Part shown: positions 45,603 through 56,299 of the stretch, in pieces | Numbering within the stretch: the first letter of the stretch is position 1 | Layout: each line of letters starts with the position of its first letter | DNA from: Zygnema circumcarinatum SAG 698-1b | Lineage: Eukaryota; Plantae; Zygnematophyceae | Length of the DNA: 64,000 nt | Assembly: GCA_037447605.1 (NCBI GenBank) | Contig: CM074805.1 | Span: forward strand, 2,265,361 to 2,329,360 | Direction of reading: 5' to 3' | Notes under the pieces: model-generated | Seen by the model: the letters and a program-made list of their open reading frames with translations, nothing else | Told to the model about the DNA's origin: nothing | Database searches by the model: none | Position numbers and translations under genes: made by a program

Positions 45603-47562
45603 AATGCCAATGACGTTATTACTGACTGTCAGGTGACTATGACCCTGCGGCTTCCACTGTGTTGCTGCTCAATCGGTGATGATGTGGCACTAGTGATGAT
45701 GTGATGGTTCTGCAATCGTCCTATATAGACCTCTGTTAGTTAGGGCTTTTGGGATTGAATGTGGTGTAGGAATTGAATCCGGAAGCAGTGGAGAAGTGCC
45801 GCGTTGCAGGCGGCCTGATCGATCTCAACCACGACGGGAATGAATTCGTTACGAGCGAGCTCCTGGAATGGGTGCAGTGGATCACTCAGGTGATACGCTG
45901 CGGAGGTGTGCGAATTTGCTAGTCATGCATAATGCCATTGTGCTAAATCAAGAATTTCCAGAAGCTTGGACATGACTCCATCCATTTCCGGAGACAGCAT
46001 AACGGTCATCCTTTCAAACATAGCGGATCTTGTCTACGGTGACCAGCGGTTAAACCCAATCGAATCCCCATGCTGTAACGGAAGTGAACTGTCGCCTATG
46101 TTGAAAAAGGAGAGAAGTTACTAGCAGAAGTTGGAGATGAGGCTTCATTATAAGTGTTGCTGTGATTCATCTCTCTTGCATAGAAATAGAAGATGCCTCT
46201 TGAGTGTATACATTTGGCAGTCGGTAACCGTACTCTAGCAATGTTCATTGTATGCACCAGCTAGCAACTTTCTGTTCCAGATGTTGGGACTCCACAATGT
46301 AGCCCATATTGTGCAACCCACGTCTGCTTTTGTGTTACGCAGATCTTTGATTTTGACGGGTTGCGAATCGACTCTGCCAAGAGCATCCCAATCACGTTCC
46401 TGCGCGAATTAAATAGCGCCACGCCATGCTACACTCTTGGGGAGGTTTACCCTGGCGGAGAACTGCAGCAGGCGCTGTGCTTTATCGCACAATACCAATG
46501 GAAGGTTGGGGCAGTCAACGGCGCCCTCCTCATAAGCGCTGCCTTTTCTACAGGGCAGTGCGTGCAAACCAAGAGATTTATGAGTTAGCTCTCAGTTTAA
46601 TGCTGCGAGACTGTGTGCAGGGTGCCATGGATGCGCCACTATCGTACCCATTGGCCTTCACTTTGAGGAATGTATTCGGGCTCGGAACACCCATGACCGA
46701 CCTCAGCCTGACGAGAGAGGCATACAAGAATGCCGGCTTCACAGATCTCGACCTTCTCGCGGGGTTCCTCGACAATCACGACCTCGACCGCTTCCTCAGC
46801 TTGAACAGCGATCCGCAGGCTCTACGGAGTGCCCTTGTGTACCTCATGTTTGGCCAGGGCATCCCGATCCTCTACTATGGCACTGAGCAGGGCTACAGTG
46901 GCGTGTGGGTCAGCCTTCCGCGGGAATTGGGTCTAACTTTAGAATCTAAAAACAACAGCTAGATTGTGTTTATTCGACAGCGTTTCCATGCATTGTTGTG
47001 TTTGACATAAGGATGAAATCAATGCGTTTCGAAAAATTGGTCGAGGACTGACTAAGCAAACTGTGGCTCGTAACAGGCTTGAGAATGACCTGAACAGGAA
47101 ACCTCTTTGGTTCAGCGGCGCCTTTTCAAATCCTGCCGATAGCGATCCGCTACACGAGTTTGTGACTACACTGGTCGCGCTCCGAAAAGAGTTACAGGTA
47201 TGCTTCTTTCCTGAAGGTATAAAACAAGTGTTGACTACATGCTGCTCCTTACGCTCTCCTCCTCCCTCCCTCCCATGGGTAATTCCTCCCTTGACGGCGA
47301 TCAGCAGGTCTGGAACTATCCCCACGAAGAGAGCTACACTTCTGTATCCTTCCACGCGTTCACACGAGGCCCTGCTCTCGTCGCCCTTACCACCGCTCAA
47401 GAGACCGTGGTCGGCAGCATCCCCCCTGAGGGCCATGAGTACAGCGCGGGTCAAACGGTTTGCAACATGCTCTTTACCGCAGAGTGTGTGGTCGTTGGCG
47501 CTGACGGGGTTTTGACAATCACTTTGGAAGCCGGAGAACAAAAGATATTTACTCCTGCTTAG
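45603..47562 (+). CDS. GH13 alpha-amylase of fungal (Taka-amylase-like) type; 5' half lost in the assembly gap
   Basis: Exons 45603-45630, 45770-45889 (VEKCRVAGGLIDLNHD...ELLEWVQWI), 46343-46504 (FDGLRIDSAKSI; GEVY), 46621-46908 (GFLDNHDLDRF; GIPILYYGTEQG), ~47057-47197 (NRKPLW), 47308-47562 (domain C; AFTRG). All three catalytic acids are present. No region-I (DxVxNH) exon is seen before the N run. Confidence 0.85.
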
Positions 47563-48281
47563 TCTCAAGTAGTTGTCAAGTAACTACCAAACGACGCAAC
47601 ATGGTGAGACACATGCGGTGAACTGAGTCTAGCGGTGAAGTTAGATATCTGTATGCGGTGTATCTAGCACTCATATCGACTGAGTGTTTGACGAGGAATA
47701 GTGTGAGGTACACACAAGTTTAGTTCGCTATTTAGTTAGAAAGCGTGCAGGCATTTCGTATGAAGGATGTAAGCATGATATAGTGTGAAGGGGCCTCGAG
47801 TAGGAATTGCCTAAACGTGATGCGAATTACCTATTGCGGGAATAGGGCACCACTCACCAGAATCATTAAGAATCACCCCACCACCGAAGTTACATGTGTA
47901 GGTTCACAATACAAGCAAGACAGATGCCCTTCGAACTGCGCGTGCGCAAAATTTATGTGCAACTTGAATCGTACAATTTCAAATAATGACAACGCAACAA
48001 AAATTGATGCAAAAAATCAAGAGAATGCTGGTGAAACCTAACCTCCGGCCAAGGCTGCTGATTCCTCTGACCAAATCGACACTCTACCGTTATCGCCCCC
48101 CGAACACTTAGGTCTAAACAGGCGAGTCACGTTGGAATTATACCTGCAAAATTTGACAGTCTAACCATGCCAACCAAGACTTAGAAAGAAGACAATCAAA
48201 TAATCCTCTGTGTACGTCTAATTGTTCCAAAGTTTGCTTACCAAGCTTCCGAACAGAATACCCTGAATTCTGAAGAAGGCT

Positions 48282-51200
48282 TCATTCCCGCCTCGCCTCT
48301 TCCCCAGCCGTAGCCTCTTGCATCCTCACAGCCTCCCACTCAGTCGAACTCTTGAAGGGCTTTTTCTCCACTTGAGCATCAGGTTCCAGTCTTGCAAACT
48401 GCCTACCACCTGCTCCTTGTCCACTCCTTTGCCTCGCTGCAATCGCCTCCCACAACTCTTCCTGCTTCCTATGTTCCACCAGAACATTCCTTCTCCAAGT
48501 TCGTCTTCTCAAAGTGACCACCTCGCCATCCGGCCCAACCACTCTTCTCCCGCCGCCCCTCTTTCCCCACTGCGGCTTCAACAGGTCTGTAACGGACGGA
48601 GGAATGGGAGGAGCATCTTGCTCAAAATCCTCCAACTGTTCATACGGAAATGCTTCTTCAGGATGCACACGTGACCGAGTTCCTTGGAAAGGATGCTGCC
48701 TTCTGGGCATGTTCAAGGAGGCCTTGAATAGATGTGAAGCATGTGCCAAAACCTGCAAAAACGGAAGCAATGAATCTCGAGGACGGAGTTCTTCGCGCTT
48801 CCTCGCCTTACCCTGCGCAGAGCCATGCTCCTGAATCTCCGGTTAGCTCATCGCTGCCTGTGGCGGAGTGAAATCTCCACACAAAACTTTTGTTACCACT
48901 GCCATGCCAACGCGAAGGCTTCGTGACTAGTACACAAAACTAAAACAACAGGTTCTTATACGAATGGGGTAAAACGAATCTGAGAACAGCAGCAAACGTG
49001 TTTCCTGTGACCCATCTCAATACCTAAGTTTTGCATGAAAGCCCTTATTGCCGAACTTTCAAAGTTCAGACAACAAATTCCATATAAAAGCACTGTCTCG
49101 TAAAATCTTTCGTCGTCAGAGATGTTCCCTACAAAGGATAAGCTTTAGATGATACCTTTCTGGGTCTCTCGCTAATGGGAGGATTGAAGAGCGCGGAGTA
49201 GCAGAAAACGGCAAAGTGGCCAAAGCGCTGAAGTGCGAGGGCGAGCTGCTGCTGCTGCAGGCGGACATTGGGGTGCAGGAGGGAGGTGCCCATAATCACT
49301 GCCGGCTCGGGCAGGGGAGCCCACTGCTTCTCTGGAGGTGCTACTAACTGCTGGGGGCCGTGCTTTGAAAGGTAATTCTTCCGGAGCCGGACCCTGCCCA
49401 ATTCGGTAAAAAATAAGCAAATTGAATGGCCCTCTACACAAGAAATGATTGGGATGGAGGTTCATGTTGCCACTTTGTTAACTAGATTCTTAGGAAGAAG
49501 ACACTAGAAACACCAGGCATTATCGGTACTGTGTTGGACCACCTCAAACGTTGAGAGATCTAAACGAGGAAGATAAGAATAAGATAAGTCAGGAAGATGT
49601 GCCTCTGAACACTGCTTCATAAAAGAATTGGCAGAAAACGAACCTGTGCGGCTCTAACGGAGCAACTGGACCAATGCTGCTGCGGTCGATGCTCCGCCTC
49701 CACTCCCGCTCCGCACGTGCTCGAAAAGTCTGATGGCATTCCGTGTAGTTCATGGGAACAACGGCATCCACTAACCTCTCCCGCCACCACGTGTCAACAT
49801 CCTGCATCCCCATAGATGCGAATCCTGCAAGGCTACATAAGAGACGTACACTAAGTAACAAACGGCAACTCGGACACAGAGCAGCTAGAAGGGTGCCTAT
49901 CGTTCGACCACCACTTTTCTTTCAAAGATTTGTTCGTTATTGTGCTCCATGAGAAAGCTGCTTCTCAATGTCCACCATTGACACGTGTGGGGCTAGTCAT
50001 CAAGATACTGCAGGTGAGTAGAAACTTCAATGAACCTCAACATTTGTCGAAGGAAGTCATTTGAAATTGTCCCAATACCTTCCTTCGGCAGAATGCCGGG
50101 ACTGTGCTAGGTCGAGATTTGGTTCCATATGTTGGCTTTCGTCAGTACAAGATTCATCACGAATTGACATAATTTTCGTCACCTGACAAATGCATGTCTG
50201 GGAACTCAACTACAGCATTTTCACATCATCCACAACAGATCCTTTTGACATACGAAGAGTCAGAATGCGATGATCATGAATAGGCTTCTTGAGAAGTGGC
50301 TCCTGTGATAACAATCTCTTGTAATTAATGGAGTCGACTCACGAGGCGGATGAGTGATCTCTCTCCCCCCCCTTCGAACATCATTTCCTCCTTCAGACAC
50401 TTTTAACCAGGCTCGGCTATTTTGGTGAAAACCAGACCGCCGCGGCTTCCACAAAATGAACCTTTCTTGCGCCATCATCGACAGGCTTCCCTACAACTTC
50501 CTCATTCTGCCTCTTCTTCCTTGTTAGTTACAAGTCTTTCACCACTGAAATGCCGATTCCCAGCCACCCACCTGAAACTTATTCAGAGCTTCCCGCCGCT
50601 CCACTCCGACCGCCGCCGTGAGCACGAGCTGTGGTCGAAGGGACTTCGCCGCGCGGCGAATGTCACGGAGCAGCGCTGTCACACAGTCGCAGCTGCATGA
50701 AAAGTCACTCTAAATAAGACTCGAGGTGAACTGGCTCTCAATGCCTTTCCTAGCTGATATCAGCTTTACTTTGACAATGAAGTTCATAATTGACACTGCG
50801 AGAGCCACACCAATGTGGGGTCGTCCCGCGTACAACAAGCACTCTCCCACAATACACAAGAAACAAGAATTTTCAACAGCACAAACGTAGGAGATTCCGT
50901 GTTTGCTTTCAGCCTATGTGAACCAGATTATATATTGAAAGCATCATGAAAATGCGACGCACCGCCACTGATCCCATACATCGCGAACGTCTCGAGGATG
51001 GAGGCCGGTATCCTTCCGGAACAGCTCCAAGGTCCTCTGCATTCACAGAGCGACAAATAGCACACGCCTTACATCTGATGCGAGCACCAAAGCACAGGAA
51101 AAGATTTAGGCCACCAGAGGTCTGTCATATATCTGCTTACCTCGAGTGTTGATGAAAAGATTAGCATTCGGGCAATCCTTCTCGAGCGGCATGAAGCTGG

Positions 51201-52494
51201 CCTAACATACATAAATGAGCATCAACGTTGGACCAAAAGGATGAAGAGCAGTACCTGGTCTTGGGGGTAATCGCCCCCATTTTCAACAGGATGCTCGTTA
51301 GGGAACCGAATGTAGTCCAAATGGAGGCCATCAATGGCATAGCGCCGCACAATGTCGCTGCAAACTGCAATCACATGTTTTCTGGGTTCTGGCCAGCATG
51401 GATTAATGCTTACATAAAATCCACTCACCAGAGACTGCACATTCACAATCCACGACATTCTTAGATTAGAGAAGACATCCATACGGATGCACATACATAC
51501 GGATGCACATACATACGGATGCACATACATACGGATGCAGCATAACCGCCAGGTTCGGGGATGAGATCAGGAAGTATCAATGGACGAGCAAACCAATGAC
51601 TTAAGCATCCCTTCACAACGCTGCCGCTGGGTCTTAGTCAGTTTCACGCCAGACCTATTACAGCTAACTGGCAGTCAAATTAGCTAGTACAGGGGCAGCA
51701 TGCAAGCAAACAGGCAACAGTTCATTACTCCACTACGGAGACCGATTCTTCCTATGGACGGGAGGTTCAAATCCTCATAAACTTATTTCAGAAATCTAAC
51801 TCAATGACTGAATGCAGCGCAAGGAGCCCCTCGCACTTGGATGCAATAGCTAGCTGACTTTTGGTCTCGTTAACTAAACTGCCCTATAGGACTCTTGTTG
51901 AATGGAGGGGAGCTGAACGCATTGTCATAGGGGGTAGGACTTCCATGCCTGGCGCTTGCCATGGCGGTCATACCAGCTCCATTCAGGATGCGCATTGTAA
52001 AGCTGCTCCGAGTGGGACGGAGGGGTGGAGCCCCGCCACATAGGCATCACTGGAAAACATGCCGCCCTCAAAGTACGAGTGATGAACAAGGAATTCAGTT
52101 TTTTAGGGGTTTACTCTGCTTGGGAAATGCATATCTTACCATTTATCCACGCATGAAGAGCCATGTTATGCGAATGCGCCTCTGTGATGGCTAACTGAAG
52201 GGGATCAAACCCAGGGCTGCGCCAATCATAAACTTCGGACCAAGGCTCCAGCGCCGACTCATAGTGTGATGTTCCATGTCCTCGAACCTGCAGAAAATAG
52301 AGTCAATTTTTCTCTCTCGACACGTACAACGACACTCCATTTTGCAATTTCCAAACACAAGTTTAACACTATACCTGAAAGAACACAGTGTTGAAACCTG
52401 CATTCTTGGAGCGTTCCATGATTTGCACCACATCATTGTAGCCGTGGAAGTCATAGCGCGTTACCCAAACTGCTCTCACTTGGTCACCGTAACT
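48282..52494 (-). CDS. Glycosyl hydrolase-like 10 (GHL10/DUF187, YddW/DigH family) protein, multi-exon; 5' end unresolved (probably ~53300-53530)
   Basis: VRAVWVTRYD...AGFNTVFFQ (52494-52375); VRGHGTSHYESALEPWS...FDPLQLAITEAHSHNMALHAWIN (from 52287); HPEWSWYD; INPCWPEPRKHV...DIVRRYAIDGLHLDYIRFP (51434-51255); WDQWR|CDCVTALLRDIR; FQ|DVDTWWRERLVDAVVPMNY (from 49801); low-complexity tail to the stop at 48282. Confidence 0.87.
51477..51538 (+). repeat. 16-bp tandem repeat (CATACATACGGATGCA) x ~4, intronic in the GHL10 gene
   Basis: Directly visible perfect repeats. Confidence 0.9.
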
Positions 52495-53532
52495 CTGCCA
52501 CCGCCACAATTCCACGGCCAAATTGGCACGTTACTACGCTTCGTGACTGTAGTTAAGGCTTTGCACACTTCCTACAGTTTTTCATAGGATACACCTGGTG
52601 GAGCAGAATTGCTCATATCTTATAATACATAGAACAGAAAGCCGCCAGTCTCTCTCAGTCGTCTGCTTCCCTCTCGAACCCAAGGATAGGGTAATAAAGT
52701 AGGCTACGTGGCCTAGATAGTCTATGGGGTTACCATTTTTTTAGTTGTAAAAAACCCTGAATGAAAAAAAAAAATGCTCCTTCCATGCTGTTTAAGCCTT
52801 GAAGCTCCTGATGCTGTGACATTGCCTTACGAAAGGTTGCCATCTCCTTGTGAGCTGGTGGGGAGTAATACAAGAACCTAACTTCAAAATGAAAATAATT
52901 GCCTGTTTACTCTGCTCCCACGTCTACTCTCGTTCGGTTTCTCTCACTGTTGCAGTGCTCGAGAAAAGAACTAGAGTGCCCTGAAAGGCAATGCTAACAT
53001 TGGGCCCTCGCTGGCTTTCACATGGCACGAATCCCCTTTGAAACTAGAAGACTCGGGTTCTGACTTGACCATAACGTCACAAACGGGAGGGATGACATTG
53101 AAGAAAACACGATGGTGTTGGCTGTTCACTGCATCAATTGAGCTATCCAGTAAGCCATATGCTGGGTGTGCTCAGGAATTTCTGACAATGCATAGCAATA
53201 AGGTCCTGATACATGAACCGTCCCTCCAGCCAAACCCAGGGGACTATGGCGAAGGACCGTTTCTGAAACATATCTTGTTGTTCTGCATGAATTATGTCAG
53301 AAATTACGATGCAAAGAGCGTTTATCGTCCATGCTCGCCCCTTTTTGGCTTAAGGAAGGGGATGCGACGAATGCAGAGGCAGGGCAGTGCAGGGAGCAGG
53401 GGCGCACGAGGTGCGGCAGGCGGCCGCCGGGGCGGAACGCGGGGTCGTCGTGCGGCAGCGGGCAGAGGAACATCGCGGCTCCCCGCCACCATCGCCGCTG
53501 CTCCGCCGAGTCACTCTGCCGAGCGCCCCGCC

Positions 53533-54188
53533 ATGGCCGCCTCTCCCTCCCTCCCTCCGTCGGTCCACAACAAAGCCGTCCGTTGCGTGCAGAAATTTAA
53601 GCTGCCGTGGTAAATTCCTCGCTCGAACAGAAGTATTTTCAAACTTGGGAACATATTTGCTGCTGCACACGTTTATGGCATTGCATTGGCTCTCTCGCCC
53701 TCGCTTCAAAGTTTTTTCTTTTGTGCTTAGGTCCTTTGCGACCAGTTCCTCGTGGTTCCCCATACTGATTTTTTCCATGTACATTTGATGGCCTCGCCAT
53801 CGTGAAGTGAGATCAATGCCAGTTTCTCTTTTCTCGCTGCGCGCATCACTTGGGCAGGCAGGCAGGCAAGCAGGCAGGCGAGGCTGCTGAACGGGCGTTC
53901 GACGATGTGCTGGCGGGCGGTGAAAAGCTTCAGAGATTTTTCGCGTATGTTTTTCATTAGAGGATGTGGTCGTATGCATGATTGACTCCTCCGTTCACCG
54001 CACTGCATATGTTCGATAGGAGGGATGAGGGTCACTTTTTCCGTACTCCTTCACCTGGGTAGCTCCTTACTTTTCTGTAACGAAGCAACATTTTGCATGG
54101 CATGGTTTGAACTACTTATGCAATTAGTGAAGTTCGCCCAATAACTGTTGGTGGAGGTTTTCATCGAATCTATTGAGTCTCGAAATTT

Positions 54189-54224
<36 letters not shown>

Positions 54225-55181
54225 TGGCCCCTCCCCGCCTTCCCCAACCCGCAGAATGCATATCCCCTCAAAGCACGGATATACCTTTTTAGATCCGGAA
54301 AGGATAACCAAGGCCCTAGTCATGCTATTTGTAAGCGGAAAGTTCGTCAAAATAGGTCTCATTCACTGGCACAGTCAAACGCAATGAGCGCGAGACAGAG
54401 GAGAGAGAAAGCGACAATGGACAAGAAGCCTCTTCTTTTTACTTTTACAAAAAGCCTTTCCAAACAGTAACAACAAAACAGCTACGCACTTCAAAGGGAA
54501 AGCGATGGCCACAAGCTTGACGATACCCGCACCACGCCAGGCATTCGCACACCTCACGAAGCTGTTAGCTTCTCTCCCATGCTTACACTCAACCACACCA
54601 GGTACGTCACATCCCGGAAATTGATCAATTTCTTGATTCTGGTTGAAATAAAAAAAAAGAAAGAAAAATAACTGAAATGGATTCAAAAGTGACAACATCA
54701 TGGCTCAAATCAAGACGAAAAATGCACGAACATTGTCCTATCGCCCAACTCATTGTAAGGAATTCCCGACGCTTAGCCAGCACCGGGGCCGCTTCAGCCG
54801 CATGGCGAGCAGGGCCCCTCCAGGCGGGACAAGCAGCAGAGGCGCGGCCGCGATGGCCTGGAACCACGAGGGCTTCGAGCCGGGCGGGGCGGGAGCGACC
54901 TGTTGCCCATGCAGAGAGCACTTGGTTCCCAGTTCATGCAGGGGATATTTTACATAGTGCGACAAGGGGTTGTCATATCGCGACGCTTTGGGACCGTGCG
55001 ACTACGCGAGGCGACATCGCAGCAAGTGTCGCATGGGATTTTGAAGTGGTACAGACGGTCGTACGAAGTGTACGGACATGAGGAGTACAGTAGGACCCCA
55101 TCATATTTTCCACCTGGTTTTAGCGAATATCCGGCGAAAATATCAGGTTTTTGGAAAATATCAGGTCTGTATTACCAATAG
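53533..55181 (+). CDS. Possible small spliced gene of unknown function
   Basis: ATG in GCCATGG context. Candidate exons 53533-53609, 53731-53778, 53858-53944, 54255-54330, 54541-54601, 54781-55181 have GT-AG sites and join in one frame (MAASPSLPPSVHNKAVRCVQKFKLPWSF...AAERAFDDVLAGGEKLQRFF...HGYTFLDPERITKALVMLF...). No family recognised. Confidence 0.4.
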
Positions 55182-55455
55182 GCGAGCGGAATTATGTTAG
55201 AGTTCATGTATGTCCGTGCGTATCGTATCGTATCGTTTGAAACCATATCGTACCGCATCGTACCGTATCGTTTAAATTCGAGCGCGTAACGGCTACAGTA
55301 GGACCCCGTCATATTTTCCACCATCAAAAGTGCGTCCCCAAGAAATTCGCCCCGATTTTGCCGAAACCACCTTTTTGTGCGGTAACTTGTGTTAGCCGTA
55401 CTATTCGTACTAACCGTACTACAGTGGGGGGTCCTCGTATTTACCACCTGTAGCA
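55086..55455. repeat. Interspersed repeat copy rich in GTATC/CATCG pentamers; same family recurs at 63030-63770
   Basis: aattcgccccgattttg..aaaccaccttttt occurs at 55344-55392, at 63727-63765 and inverted at 63431-63480. gttagagttcatg is shared between ~55196 and ~63048. An internal direct repeat tacagtaggacccc.tcatattttccacc occurs at ~55086 and ~55284. Confidence 0.65.
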
Positions 55456-56299
55456 CAAGATAAGTGGGGTGAAGAGGAGACTGCTGAGCTAGTTGAAGGT
55501 GCTGTACGGCCATTCGCGCGTGCGTGCTGAAACTAATGAAGGGTTGGGTTGGTTCTGTGGGTCTGCCTGCAGCATAGAGCCAGGACCCGGGGGATTCAGA
55601 GGTACGCGCAGCGGAAGACGTAGGGATCCTGAAGATGTTCCCACCGGCGGCTAGACTCGATGCGCAAAGAGNNNNNNNNNNTCCCGTGACTTATTCTGTG
55701 CCTGCTCGTGTTGCTGGGCTGCCCTGCTTGTGTCGCAAGGTAGTGAGTAAGGGGAGAAGTAGCTAGTGAGAGGGGGAGAACTTCATGTGGGTGACATTCT
55801 TATTATAAAGGAGTTTTAGAGCCGTGAGCTTTCTCCTACACTTTCTCGTGTGTGATTTCCGCTGTGCTCATCTCTATTTTCATTCTGTGAGTTGTGGCTG
55901 TAGTGAAGTGAGTAAAGGAGGTGAAGATGTGCAGTCAGTGAGTGGAACTTGACTGCGATGGCACAGGGACACAGCTGCACACACAGAGCAATGCAGCAGC
56001 TCAGAGTGGTGGACTGATGTGCCGACAAAGACACGTGAAGTTCAGCATGGCAACATCGGGCTCCAAGGGGCCGAGGCTGGCGGTATTTTTGCTTGTGGGC
56101 AAGGGTGCTAGGTGCATGACACCACATCAACCGTGCTCGAGAGGAGGCAGCGGCCAGCAAGGCTGGGAACACAAGAGTGGCGCTCGCCAGATGGAGTGCC
56201 AAGGACAACAAAGCGGTCACCTGAGTCCATAATAACTAAGGGGAAGCCTTGGCTCCATGCTGATGCAGAAACTCACATGCTATGTCAACTGCTTGGCAG

